Below, in pieces: positions 41,557 through 51,615 of a DNA stretch of 64,000 nt. The notes under the pieces were generated by a model that saw nothing but the letters and a program-made list of their open reading frames with translations, searched no databases and was not told the origin of the DNA. The position numbers and the translations under genes were made by a program. Every line of letters begins with the position of its first letter. Within the stretch, counting starts at the first letter, position 1. Source of the stretch: Alphaproteobacteria bacterium. GTDB lineage: Bacteria > Pseudomonadota > Alphaproteobacteria > GCA-2731375. The stretch lies in NCBI GenBank assembly GCA_965225945.1, contig CBDDBZ010000019.1, positions 1 through 64,000 of the forward strand. The letters run 5' to 3'.

Positions 41557-43380
41557 ATGTGCGGCATTATCGGAATACTCGGTTCGGGCGACGTATCGGC
41601 GTCTATCCTCGAGGGACTTCGACGTTTGGAGTATCGTGGTTATGATTCCGCGGGCATCGCCACGCTCGTCAACGGTCGCATCGAACGGCGGCGGGCCAAA
41701 GGCAAGCTCGATTGCCTGGCGGATCGGCTGGCCGAAGCGCCGCTGGCGGGCGACGTCGGCATCGGCCATACACGCTGGGCCACCCATGGCGCGCCGAACG
41801 AGATCAACGCCCACCCCCATGCCACCGATCGCGTCGCCATCGTCCACAACGGCATCATCGAGAACTTCCGCGAGATTCGCGAGGCGCTGATCGCCCGGGG
41901 CAGCAACTTCGCTTCCGAGACCGACACCGAGGTCGTGGCGCACTTGATCTCGGCGAACCTGGACGATGGGCTGGACCCGGTGGCGGCCGCCGGCGAGGCT
42001 TTTTCGCGGCTGGAGGGGGCGTTCGCCCTCGCCGTCATCTTCAACGGCCACCACGACCTGATGATCGGTGCGCGGCGCGGCAGCCCGCTGGTGGTGGGCC
42101 ACGGCGAGGGCGAGATGTATCTCGGCTCCGACGCGCTGTCGCTGGCCCCGCTCACCCGCCGGGTCAGCTATCTGGAGGACGGCGACTGGGTCGTGCTGCG
42201 CCGCGACGGCGCGCGGTTCCACGATAGCGCCGGTGGCGAGGTGGGGCGCGATACGAAGGTCATGAACGAGGCGTCCGGTCTTTCCGGCAAGGGCAATCAT
42301 CGCCATTACATGCTGAAGGAGATCCATGAGCAGCCGACGGTGATCGGCGATACGCTGCAATCCTTCGTCAACACCGCCGAGCGACGGATTTCGCTCCCCG
42401 ATCTCTCAATCGTGCTCGACGAGGTCGAACGGGTGAACCTGGTGGCTTGCGGTACCTCCTATTACGCCTGCCTGGTGGCGCGATATTGGTTCGAGGGCCT
42501 GGCGAGAATTCCCGTCGACGTCGACATCGCGTCGGAATTCCGCTATCGCGAGCCGCCGCTGGCGGCCGGCGGCGTGTCGCTCTTCGTCTCGCAGTCCGGC
42601 GAGACGATGGACACGCTGGAGGCGCTGCGCCTGGTCCGGCGATCCGGCCAGCCGATCCTGAGCATCGTCAACGTGCCGCACAGCTCCATGGCGCGCGAGA
42701 GCGACGCCGTGCTGGTGACCCACGCCGGACCGGAGATCGGCGTCGCCTCGACCAAGGCCTTCACCACGCAGTTGACGACGCTGCTGTGTCTCGCCCTCGC
42801 CATGGGCCGGGCGCGCGGCGCGCTCACGGCGGAGCGCGAGGCGGAGTTGGTCCACGCGGTGAGCGAAGTGCCGGCGCGGGTCGCCGAGTTCCTGGCCGAC
42901 GACGCGGCGTTGCGGGCCTTGGCGCAAGAGCTGAGCCGGGCCCGCGACGTGCTCTATCTCGGGCGCGGCACCAACTACCCGATCGCCATGGAAGGCGCGC
43001 TCAAGCTCAAGGAAATCTCCTATATCCACGCCGAGGGCTATGCCGCCGGCGAGATGAAGCACGGACCGATCGCGCTGATCGACGAGGACGTGCCGGTGGT
43101 CATCGTGGCGCCGCCGGACGCCTTGCTCGAGAAGACGATCGGCAACGTCCAGGAGGTGGCGGCCCGGGGTGGCCGGGTCGTGTTGTTGAGTGACGCCGCG
43201 GGAATCGCCGAGGTCGGAGAGGCGGCCTGGGCGACGATCGAGTTGCCGGCCGTCGATCCCGTCGTGGCGCCAATTCTCTATGCCGTGCCGGTGCAACTGC
43301 TCGCCTACCACGTCGCCGTGGTCAAAGGCACGGACGTGGATCAGCCGCGCAATTTGGCCAAATCCGTGACGGTGGAATAG
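41557..43380 (+). CDS. glmS: Glutamine--fructose-6-phosphate transaminase
   Basis: MCGIIG, HTRWATHG and PRNLAKSVTVE motifs. Confidence 0.98.
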   Translation: MCGIIGILGSGDVSASILEGLRRLEYRGYDSAGIATLVNGRIERRRAKGKLDCLADRLAEAPLAGDVGIGHTRWATHGAPNEINAHPHATDRVAIVHNGIIENFREIREALIARGSNFASETDTEVVAHLISANLDDGLDPVAAAGEAFSRLEGAFALAVIFNGHHDLMIGARRGSPLVVGHGEGEMYLGSDALSLAPLTRRVSYLEDGDWVVLRRDGARFHDSAGGEVGRDTKVMNEASGLSGKGNHRHYMLKEIHEQPTVIGDTLQSFVNTAERRISLPDLSIVLDEVERVNLVACGTSYYACLVARYWFEGLARIPVDVDIASEFRYREPPLAAGGVSLFVSQSGETMDTLEALRLVRRSGQPILSIVNVPHSSMARESDAVLVTHAGPEIGVASTKAFTTQLTTLLCLALAMGRARGALTAEREAELVHAVSEVPARVAEFLADDAALRALAQELSRARDVLYLGRGTNYPIAMEGALKLKEISYIHAEGYAAGEMKHGPIALIDEDVPVVIVAPPDALLEKTIGNVQEVAARGGRVVLLSDAAGIAEVGEAAWATIELPAVDPVVAPILYAVPVQLLAYHVAVVKGTDVDQPRNLAKSVTVE

Positions 43381-43393
43381 GGCTCGAGCGATC

Positions 43394-44611
43394 ATGAGGA
43401 CGGCGTCGACCTGGCCGACGCCCGTCGTGGCGTTGATCGCCGGTGGCCTGGTCCTCTTGCTCTCGATCGGCTCGCGCCAGTCTTTCGGCCTCTTCTTGGT
43501 GCCGATGAGCCTCGACCTCGGTTGGGGACGCGAGACTTTCGCGCTGGCGATTGCGATCCAGAACCTCGTCTGGGGTCTCTCGCAGCCGGTTCTCGGCTAT
43601 TTCTCCGACCGCATCGGCGCGAGCAGGATCATCATCGCTGGTACGTTGTTCTACGTCGCCGGTGTTTATCTGATGGCTCTGACCGGGGGCGAAGGGGCGT
43701 TCTATTTCAGCGCCGGAGTCTTGGTGGGGCTCGGACTCTCGGGCACCAGCTTCGCCGTCGTGCTGGGTGCGGTCGCTCGAGTCGTCCCGGCGGAGAAGCG
43801 AAGCATGGCACTCGGCCTTGTAAGCGCCTGCGGATCCGTCGGGCAATTCGTCATGGTGCCGATCGGCCATGAGCTTATCGGCGCCCACGGCTGGGCCGGC
43901 GGGCTCACGGTCCTGGCCGGGATCGTCGCCATGATGGGCATTTTCGCCCTCGGTTGCGCCGGCCGGCCCGCCGAGCCCGCGGCCGGGCGGGCGAGCCCCG
44001 GTCGTGCCATCGGCGTCGCGCTCGGCCACGGAGGCTACTTGCTGCTGACGATCGGTTTCTCGGTCTGCGGCTTTCAAATCACCTTCATCATCACCCATCT
44101 CCCGGCCTACCTGGGCGATCAGGGGCTGACGGCGACGGAGGCGGTGCGGGCAGTGGCGCTGATCGGCCTCTGCAATATATTCGGCACGCTCGCCTGCGGC
44201 GCGCTCGGCCAGCGTTTTGCCAAGAAATCGGTGTTGAGCGTGCTCTATGCCGCCCGGAGCGTTGTCCTCGTCGCCTTTCTCCTGATTCCGCCGAGTGCCA
44301 CTTCGGCCTATCTCTTCGCGGGCTCCATGGGCTTGCTCTGGCTCGGCACGGTGCCGTTGACCGGCGCGCTCGTGGCCCAGATCTTCGGGCCCCGCTACAT
44401 GGCGACGCTCTTCGGCGGCGTGTTTTTCGCACATCAGGTCGGCGCCTTTCTCGGCGTCTGGCTCGGCGGCCGACTCTACGACGCGACCGGCGGCTACGAG
44501 GTCGTCTGGTGGACCTGCATCGCCCTCGGCGCGATCTCCGCCCTGCTTCACCTCCCCATCGACGAACGTCCCGTGTCTCTCGCGAAACCCGCCAGAGCCA
44601 CGACGTGGTAG
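43394..44611 (+). CDS. MFS transporter
   Basis: About 12 TM segments; SDRIGASR motif A-like; HQVGAFLGVWLGG. Confidence 0.92.
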   Translation: MRTASTWPTPVVALIAGGLVLLLSIGSRQSFGLFLVPMSLDLGWGRETFALAIAIQNLVWGLSQPVLGYFSDRIGASRIIIAGTLFYVAGVYLMALTGGEGAFYFSAGVLVGLGLSGTSFAVVLGAVARVVPAEKRSMALGLVSACGSVGQFVMVPIGHELIGAHGWAGGLTVLAGIVAMMGIFALGCAGRPAEPAAGRASPGRAIGVALGHGGYLLLTIGFSVCGFQITFIITHLPAYLGDQGLTATEAVRAVALIGLCNIFGTLACGALGQRFAKKSVLSVLYAARSVVLVAFLLIPPSATSAYLFAGSMGLLWLGTVPLTGALVAQIFGPRYMATLFGGVFFAHQVGAFLGVWLGGRLYDATGGYEVVWWTCIALGAISALLHLPIDERPVSLAKPARATTW

Positions 44612-44924
44612 GGCCGCTCATTCCAAGGTTTCGGCGCCGCCACCTCGTCAACATTCGCCACCCACTTGGTCCATTGGCCCAGGTTGCCGGTCGATGCACA
44701 GATGGCGAGCAATGGCTCGTCAAGGGACCTCATGGCGTGCGGTTGGTTCGATGCGTGGACGAAGCTCTCGCCTGGCCGCCGGGTCGGCCACGGCTCGGTG
44801 CCGCGCTTCCATTCGGCCGTGCCCGCGAGCTTCACACCAATCGCGCGGCCTCCGCGTCCCCTTCCGAGGGAGGAGGCATTTCGCCCACTCGTCGTTCGAT
44901 CTCCAGTACCTCGCGCGGGATATC

Positions 44925-45377
44925 TCAACGCCGCAGGTCCGGCGCCGCCGAATTCGACGCCGCCTCGCCGTCGAAGCGGCCCTCATAGATCGGGCGGGCG
45001 CCCGTGCTGGGGCCGGGGTATTGCATGAAGACGATCGTGCAGCCGGTCTCGGTGTACATCTCGGGCTCGTAATGCGGATCTTCCATGTAGACCATGTCGC
45101 CGGCCCCGAGCGTGCGGGTGCCGAAGCGGCACTCGCCTTCCAGCACGTACCAGAGCTGCGCGAAGTCGTGCATGTGGCGGGGAAAGCCGGCGCCGGGTCG
45201 ATAGGTGATAATGCCGGCATTCGGCTCGCTCGGATGCTCGGCCGTCGGGTGGAAGACCATCCGCGTGACGTTGCCGAAGCGCCCCGTCTCGCCCGGGTGA
45301 TCCGCCGGCCGGCGGACGATCGGCGCGTGATGGGTGGCGCGGGCCTCGGTCTCGCTCGGGCGCTCGGTCTCAGACAT
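44925..45377 (-). CDS. Cupin-domain protein (paralog 2)
   Basis: HMHDFAQLWYVLEG..DPHYE. Confidence 0.8.
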   Translation of the reverse strand: MSETERPSETEARATHHAPIVRRPADHPGETGRFGNVTRMVFHPTAEHPSEPNAGIITYRPGAGFPRHMHDFAQLWYVLEGECRFGTRTLGAGDMVYMEDPHYEPEMYTETGCTIVFMQYPGPSTGARPIYEGRFDGEAASNSAAPDLRR

Positions 45378-45807
45378 CCAACCGCTCCTGCGAAAGCGGC
45401 CGTCGCTCGGCGAGGTTGAAGCGATCCTCGTAGATCGGCCGGCCGCCGGTCGTCGGGCCCGGATACTGCACGAACAGCATCGTGCCGCCCGTCTCCGTCG
45501 CCAGCTCCTTCTCGTAGTGGGGATCGGGATGGAAGATCATCGTGCCGGGGCCGAAGGGCTCGCCGCCGATGGTGAACTCGCCGTCCAGGATGTACCAGAC
45601 CTGGGCGAAATCGTGCCGGTGCATCGGGTGGTGCGCCCCCGGCTCGTAGCGAATGAGACCGGCGTTGGGCTCCGTCGGCCGCGCCTCGCGCGGGTGGAAC
45701 AGCATCTTCGAGAGCTGGCCCGGAAAGCGCAGCGTTTCCCAGTCCATGTCGTTCTCGTGGATCGCCTCGAAGGCATGATCGCCGGGCTTGCGTCGCACGC
45801 TGGTCAT
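45370..45807 (-). CDS. Cupin-domain protein (paralog 1)
   Basis: HRHDFAQVWYILDG..DPHYE; RBS GGAGG. Confidence 0.85.
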   Translation of the reverse strand: MTSVRRKPGDHAFEAIHENDMDWETLRFPGQLSKMLFHPREARPTEPNAGLIRYEPGAHHPMHRHDFAQVWYILDGEFTIGGEPFGPGTMIFHPDPHYEKELATETGGTMLFVQYPGPTTGGRPIYEDRFNLAERRPLSQERLDV

Positions 45808-46010
45808 GGTGCTACCTCCGCTGATCGGATCGCTCTCCGCTCGGCGCCCGAAATCGCGCGGGCACGACGGCCGATAGCGAGCTTACAGCAAACGCCCCCT
45901 GCGCGGTCGTGCACATTTTCCCTTGGCCGGCGCCTCTGGCATAATTCGATGCTCTGGACCGACGCCAAAGGATGACGATGAACCAGACCGCACACTCGCT
46001 CGCTGGTGTT

Positions 46011-47183
46011 ATACCAATCGGCATTAATCAGAACTCATGCGCCCATTTACGCCGCCCGATGGACGTGATGTTCCATGGTTGATCGATGAGCTTGTTCCAG
46101 GCTTCGCAGCAGGAGGTGATGATCTGCTCGTCGGATTGGAAGACCAAGTTGGACAGCCAGTTGTCGCGCATGAACTGCCAGATGTTTTCGGTCGGATTGA
46201 GCTCCGGCGAGCGTGGTGGCAGGGGCAGGAGGGTAACGTTGGCGGGGATCTTCAGCTTGTCCGTGGTGTGCCAACCCGCCTGATCGAGGAGCAGGAGGGC
46301 ATGCGCGCGCGCGCCTACCCGGGAGGAGATCTCCTCCAGATGCAGCTGCATGGCCTGGGTGTCGCAGTGGGGGAGCACGAGGGCGGCGCCGACGCCGCGT
46401 TCGGGACAGATGGCGCCGAAGATATAGGCTGATTTGGTGCGCTGGTCATGCGGTGCGCGGGGCCGGGTTCCGCGCCGCGCCCAGCGCCGAGTGATCTTGT
46501 TCTTCTGGCCGACACGGGCTTCGTCCTGCCACCAGATTTCTATCTCGGTGCCGTCGGGCAGGCGCCGGCGAGCTTGCGCCACCAGCTCGGGGAATTTTTT
46601 TTAAAATCCTCGATGACGCCCTCCTCCTGGGCATGGTGGCGCGGACGCGCCGTCATCTTCGTGAAGCCCGTCGCCTTCAATTCCCGGCTCACCGTGGTCT
46701 CGTCGAGCGAGATCGCGAACATATCCCGGATCCAGCCCGCCAGATCCTTCAGCCGCCAGCGCACCACGCCGTCGACCGCCGGGTTCGGCCCCGCATCGAC
46801 GCGTGCCCCCAGCGCCTGGCGTTGTGCATCGTCGAGCTTCGCCACCGCACCGGGCGCCTTGCGATCGATCAAGCCGTCCGGGCCCTCGGCGTTGAAATGC
46901 AACACCCAATCTCGGATCACCTGAAGCCCCACGTGGCCGGTCCGTGCCGCATCCGTCCGCCGCCCACCGTCATAGATCACCGCGAGAGCCAAGAGCCGGC
47001 GGCTCTGGCCGGCATCCTTGGAAAGCTTCGCCAAGCGACGCAGCTCCGCCGCATCGAAATCCTCTCGTAACCCGATCGCCGCTCCCATGGTGAACCTCCT
47101 CAACTCCGAATCACCGGAATTGAGTCAGAAATCATCCACCATGGGAATCCTCAAAGTGAGTCTCCCTCAAGGCCGATTGGTAT
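46011..47183 (-). mobile_element. IS630-family element; two-ORF transposase (47088-46540 and 46028-~46600) with slippery A-run
   Basis: TIR ATACCAATCGGC / GCCGATTGGTAT; TTTTAAAAAAAATT at the ORF overlap; QDEARVG, DQAGWH and SPELNPTE motifs. Confidence 0.92.
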
Positions 47184-47293
47184 TAGCCGACACGCTTTCG
47201 GTATACGCGCCGGAGGCCCGCGATCCCTGGGACGAACGGATCGCCCGCGCGGTCCTCGACACGCGGCCATGAGGGGGGGGAGGAACTCGACCG

Positions 47294-48472
47294 ATGCGCG
47301 CCCTCCTCGTCGCCCTCGGCTTTCTTCTGTCGCTGTCGGCGGCTCCCGCTTCTGTCGCTGTCGGCGGCTCCCGTGCGCTTCTGTCGCTGTCGGCGGCTCC
47401 CGTGCTCGCCGATGCCCGGGCGGATTTCGAGCGGGCCAAGCGCGCGGTCCGGGCCGGCGAGCATGATCAAGCCGTCGGCTATTACACGAATATCATCAGG
47501 TCCCGGGAGCTCGGGGGCGAAGCCCTGGCCGTGGTGTACCAGAACCGGGGCCACACCTTCCTCATGCTGAAGCACTTCGACGGCGCCATCGGCGACTTCA
47601 CCACGGCCTTGCGCATAAAACCCGATTATGCCGAGGCACACTACGGTCGGGGCGTCGGACTGGTGGCGAAGCGGCGGAGCGAGGCGGCGCTCCGGGATTT
47701 TGACGCCGCCATCGCCTTGAAACCGGAGTTCGCCCCCTCGCATGGCGAGCGGGGGCGGCTCAAACTCCAACTGGGACGGCACACGGAGGCGCTGGCCGAC
47801 CTGGAAGAGGCGATCCGCCTCGGCTCGGCTGACTGGCGGTTCTACAACGACCGGGGCATCATCATGTTGGCTTGGGGCGATCTGGAGAATGCCTTCCTTT
47901 CCTTCGACGCGGCGATCGGCATCTCCTTCGACGCGGCGATCGGCATCGATCCGAAATCCAACGTCGCCTACCGCAACCGCGGACTGATATATTTCCTTGC
48001 CAAAAAGATGCCGGAGGCGAGCTTCGACTTCACCCAGGCTCTGGATCTGGCGCCTGGCGACATGGAAACGCTCCTGTGGCAGACGATCTACAACACCTAT
48101 GTCGCCCTCGACGTCGGTCCCGATATCGCCAAACGCGTCAATGCCGAGCAAATGTTGAACTGGCCCGGGCCGTTGTTGGAACTGTTCCTCGACAAGGACG
48201 TGCCAGCAGCGGTGCTCAGGATCGGCGAGACGCAGTTCGCCGGCGGGCCGGCGAAGCTCTTGGCCCAGACCCGTTACTCGGTGGGCGTCTACTACCTGAG
48301 TCGGGGCGAATTGGAGGCGGCGCAATTCCTCTTCGAGAAAGTGGTCTCGATGCGGGCGACGACGCTGATGGAGTACCACGCCGCGTGGATGGCGCTCGAA
48401 TGGATGGGCGTCACCGAGCCGGTGCCAGCGGAATCCTCCACCGTCGCGCCCGCCGACGAGAAGAAGGAATAG
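47294..48472 (+). CDS. Secreted TPR-repeat protein (NlpI-like C-terminus)
   Basis: Signal peptide, repeated YxNRG TPR motifs, WPGPLLELFL. Confidence 0.88.
   Translation: MRALLVALGFLLSLSAAPASVAVGGSRALLSLSAAPVLADARADFERAKRAVRAGEHDQAVGYYTNIIRSRELGGEALAVVYQNRGHTFLMLKHFDGAIGDFTTALRIKPDYAEAHYGRGVGLVAKRRSEAALRDFDAAIALKPEFAPSHGERGRLKLQLGRHTEALADLEEAIRLGSADWRFYNDRGIIMLAWGDLENAFLSFDAAIGISFDAAIGIDPKSNVAYRNRGLIYFLAKKMPEASFDFTQALDLAPGDMETLLWQTIYNTYVALDVGPDIAKRVNAEQMLNWPGPLLELFLDKDVPAAVLRIGETQFAGGPAKLLAQTRYSVGVYYLSRGELEAAQFLFEKVVSMRATTLMEYHAAWMALEWMGVTEPVPAESSTVAPADEKKE
47324..47402 (+). repeat. Three copies of the 25-nt unit CTTCTGTCGCTGTCGGCGGCTCCCG
   Basis: 47324-47348, 47349-47373 and 47378-47402. 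Confidence 0.95.
47900..47947 (+). repeat. 24-nt tandem duplication (SFDAAIGI x2)
   Basis: TCCTTCGACGCGGCGATCGGCATC twice. Confidence 0.95.
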
Positions 48473-48539
48473 CCGCCTCGGAGCGGTGGCAGCGGCGAGG
48501 GGAGCGCGAGTGCATGGTGAACATCGAGTGGGGACCGTG

Positions 48540-50171
48540 ATGAGCGAGGCGGCGACGCGAGCGAACGGCAACGGTAAGGCGCGGGACGGCGAGTTCGATG
48601 TCATCGTGGTCGGGGCCGGCTTCGCCGGCATGTACCTGCTGCACCGCCTGCGCGGGATGGGGTTCCGGACGCGGGTGCTGGAAGCGGGCGGCGGCGTCGG
48701 CGGGACCTGGTATTGGAATCGCTATCCGGGCGCGCGCTGCGACGTCGAGAGCGTGCAGTATTCCTACCAGTTCTCCGATGAGCTGCAGCAGGAATGGGAC
48801 TGGTCGGAGAAATATTCGCCCCAGCCGGAGATTCTGAGCTATGCCAACCATGTCGCCGATCGCTTCGACCTGCGACGAGACATCCAATTCGACACCCGCG
48901 TCGTCGTCGCCCGGTTCGACCACCAGGCCGCGCGGTGGCGGATCGAGACCGAGGCGGGCGAGCAATTCGGCGCCCGCTTCTGCGTCATGGCCACCGGCTG
49001 TCTCTCGGCCTCCAACACGCCGGCGTTCGAGGGCATCGACAGCTATCGGGGCGAGCGCTACCACACCGGGCATTGGCCGCACGAGGGCGTCGACTTCACC
49101 TCCAAGCGGGTCGGCATCATCGGCACCGGTTCCTCCGCCATCCAGGCGATTCCGCTGATCGCCGAGGAAGCCGAACACCTCTACGTCTTTCAACGAACCC
49201 CGAACTACACCGTGCCCGCCCACAACGCGCCGCTCGACCCGGCGACGATTCTGGCGGTGAAGGCGGATTACGCCGGCATCCGCGCGCGGGCGAAGCAAAC
49301 CGCCCCCGGCCTCGACTTCGTATTCAACACGGGCTCGGCCGTCGAGGCCACGGAGGAGGAGCGACACAGCGAGTTCAGATCGCGTTGGGACTATGGCGGC
49401 GTCACCTTCATGGGCGCCTTCGGCGATCTTCTGTTCGATCCTCGGGCGAACGATCTCGCCGCCGAATTCGTGCGCTCCGAGATCCGCGAGCTCGTCGACG
49501 ACCCCGGGGTCGCCGAATTGCTTTGTCCCGACAACGTCATCGGCTGCAAGCGACTGTGTGTCGATACGGACTACTGGAAGACCTACAACCGGGCGAACGT
49601 CACGCTGATCGACGTCGCGGGCGTGCCGATCGAACGTCTGACCCCGGCCGGCATCCGGGCCCGGGGGCAGGAATACCCCCTCGATGCCATCGTCTTCGCG
49701 ACCGGCTTCGATGCCATGACCGGGGCCCTGAGCCGAATCGACATTCAGGGCGTCGGGGCTGAACGGCTGGCCGAGAAGTGGCATGGCGGCCCGCGCGCCT
49801 ATCTCGGATTGGCCACCGCCGGCTTTCCCAATCTCTTCATGATTACCGGGCCCGGCAGCCCCTCGGTGTTGACCAACATGCTGCCCTCGATCGAGCAACA
49901 TGTGGAATGGGTGAGCGATTGTCTCGGCTGGCTCCGCGAGCGGGGTCACGCTTCGATCGTGCCGACGCGCGAGGCGGAGGACGAATGGGTCGCCCACGTC
50001 AACGAGATCGCGGACGGAAACCTCCGCTCGACCTGTAGTTCCTGGTACGTCGGCGCCAACGTCGCCGGCAAGCCCCGGGTGTTCATGCCCTATATCGGCG
50101 GCTTCCCGGCCTATCTGCAGAAATGCGCCGAGGTCGTCGCCGACGACTACGCCGGCTTCACCTGCGCTTGA
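48540..50171 (+). CDS. Type I Baeyer-Villiger monooxygenase (CHMO/PAMO-like)
   Basis: GAGFAG, GGTWYWNRYPGARCD, YRGERYHTGHWP fingerprint, GTGSS, ATGF. Confidence 0.95.
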   Translation: MSEAATRANGNGKARDGEFDVIVVGAGFAGMYLLHRLRGMGFRTRVLEAGGGVGGTWYWNRYPGARCDVESVQYSYQFSDELQQEWDWSEKYSPQPEILSYANHVADRFDLRRDIQFDTRVVVARFDHQAARWRIETEAGEQFGARFCVMATGCLSASNTPAFEGIDSYRGERYHTGHWPHEGVDFTSKRVGIIGTGSSAIQAIPLIAEEAEHLYVFQRTPNYTVPAHNAPLDPATILAVKADYAGIRARAKQTAPGLDFVFNTGSAVEATEEERHSEFRSRWDYGGVTFMGAFGDLLFDPRANDLAAEFVRSEIRELVDDPGVAELLCPDNVIGCKRLCVDTDYWKTYNRANVTLIDVAGVPIERLTPAGIRARGQEYPLDAIVFATGFDAMTGALSRIDIQGVGAERLAEKWHGGPRAYLGLATAGFPNLFMITGPGSPSVLTNMLPSIEQHVEWVSDCLGWLRERGHASIVPTREAEDEWVAHVNEIADGNLRSTCSSWYVGANVAGKPRVFMPYIGGFPAYLQKCAEVVADDYAGFTCA

Positions 50172-50181
50172 GCCTTCCCGG

Positions 50182-51051
50182 CTATTCGTCGAGCGTGCGA
50201 CCGGCGCCCTGGACGCGGGTCTGGCGCATATGGCGGCGGTAGCGGTCGGCGTCGTAGCCGGCGCCTCGGTGCAAGAGACAGCGGTTGTCCCAGATCACCA
50301 GGTCGCCCGGCCGCCAGGCGTGCGAATAGACGTGCGCGTCGGCCGTGGCGCGGGCCTGGAGATCGTCGATCAGCTCCCGGCTCTCCGCCTCTCCCCAGCC
50401 CTCGATCGTCTTGGCATGGGAGCCGATATAATAATTCTTGCGCCCCGATCTGGGGTTCTGGCGCACCAGTTTTTGCCGCACGGGTGGCAGCGATCGGGCG
50501 TGCGAGGGCGTGACCGCGTCGGGCGCCACCTTGGCGCGCGAGTAGACGTAGTCGTGGATCGAGATCAACGGGTCGATCGCGGCCTTCTCGTCGCCCGATA
50601 GCCGGTCGTAGGCCGCGCGCTGGCTGACGAAGAGCGTTTGTCCGCCTTCCTCGGGCACCTCATGGGCACAGGTGATCGAGACCAACGCGGGGACCTCGCG
50701 GAACGAGGAGTCCGAATGCCACATATTGTTGCCGGTGAGGAAGATCGTCTTCTTGTGATCGTTTCCGATTGCCGTGCCGTCGGCCTGCACGTTGCCGATG
50801 GTGCCGAAGTATTCGATCCGCCCTTCCTGGCCGAGGACGACGTGGTTGGCCTCCGGCTCGCCGAGCAAGCAGGTGAAGGCGAGCTGGCGCTCGTCGTCGA
50901 AGGGCTGGTCGGGAAAGCAGAGCAAGGAATATTCGTCGATCGCTTGCCGGATCTCCTCGACGGCCGCCGAGTCGAGCGGCCGGCGGAGATCGATGCCGGT
51001 GACGCGCGCGGCGAAGTCCTCGTGCAGCGCCTCGATGTTCAATCCGGCCAT
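50182..51051 (-). CDS. TauD/TfdA-family 2OG-Fe(II) dioxygenase
   Basis: WHSDSS and WDNRCLLHR motifs. Confidence 0.93.
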   Translation of the reverse strand: MAGLNIEALHEDFAARVTGIDLRRPLDSAAVEEIRQAIDEYSLLCFPDQPFDDERQLAFTCLLGEPEANHVVLGQEGRIEYFGTIGNVQADGTAIGNDHKKTIFLTGNNMWHSDSSFREVPALVSITCAHEVPEEGGQTLFVSQRAAYDRLSGDEKAAIDPLISIHDYVYSRAKVAPDAVTPSHARSLPPVRQKLVRQNPRSGRKNYYIGSHAKTIEGWGEAESRELIDDLQARATADAHVYSHAWRPGDLVIWDNRCLLHRGAGYDADRYRRHMRQTRVQGAGRTLDE

Positions 51052-51092
51052 GTTTCGCTCCGCCTCCTCGGTTTCGATCCTCGCCCGTCCGA

Positions 51093-51410
51093 CTAGGCGT
51101 CGGACATCACGTGGATCACGCGGGCTTCGATCATGTCCTTGGTCTTGGCGGCGTAGGCGGCCATGTGGGGGGACGTGGCATGGGCCTTCAAGGCTTCCAG
51201 GCTCGCCCATTTCTCGACCACGACAAAACTCTCCGCGCCAAATTTGGTCTGGAAGCCGCCGACACCCTCGGCGTCGACCGTGGCATCATATTCGATGCAG
51301 CCGTCCTCGGCGTGGACGGCCGCCACGTTGGCCTTGAAAGCCGCCAGGATCTCGTCGCGCTTGCCGGGCTTCGCCGTGATCACCGCGATGACATGGACTC
51401 TCGACATCAT
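51093..51410 (-). CDS. ABM-family putative quinol monooxygenase (YgiN-like)
   Basis: EDGCIEY and VVEKWASLEALKAH motifs. Confidence 0.9.
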   Translation of the reverse strand: MMSRVHVIAVITAKPGKRDEILAAFKANVAAVHAEDGCIEYDATVDAEGVGGFQTKFGAESFVVVEKWASLEALKAHATSPHMAAYAAKTKDMIEARVIHVMSDA

Positions 51411-51479
51411 CCCTCTCCCCTGTTGGATCCCTCGCTCTCGGGCCGAATTGTTCCATTTTCCGTGCGTCCGGCAAAGTCC

Positions 51480-51615
51480 CTAGTGTACCGACTCTAACGC
51501 CTGTCGCCCATGAGCGACTTTTTCGAGTATGGCGGTGGCGGAAGCGGTCCATACGAAGGGTTTTGGATCGGCATTGTGGTGCTCGAGGTATTCCTGAATG
51601 GCTGTTTCGAGTTCG
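51480..51615 (-). mobile_element. IS630 right-end fragment, truncated by IS256 type C
   Basis: Near-identical to 14554-14690. Confidence 0.9.

Noticed and set aside
46590-46610. Frameshift in the IS630 transposase as decay
   Set aside because: An A-run at the two-ORF overlap is a known programmed frameshift feature of this IS630 type.
47324-47402. 25-nt repeats as a mini CRISPR array
   Set aside because: Spacers are 0 and 4 nt, the repeats sit inside a coding signal peptide, and no cas genes are present.
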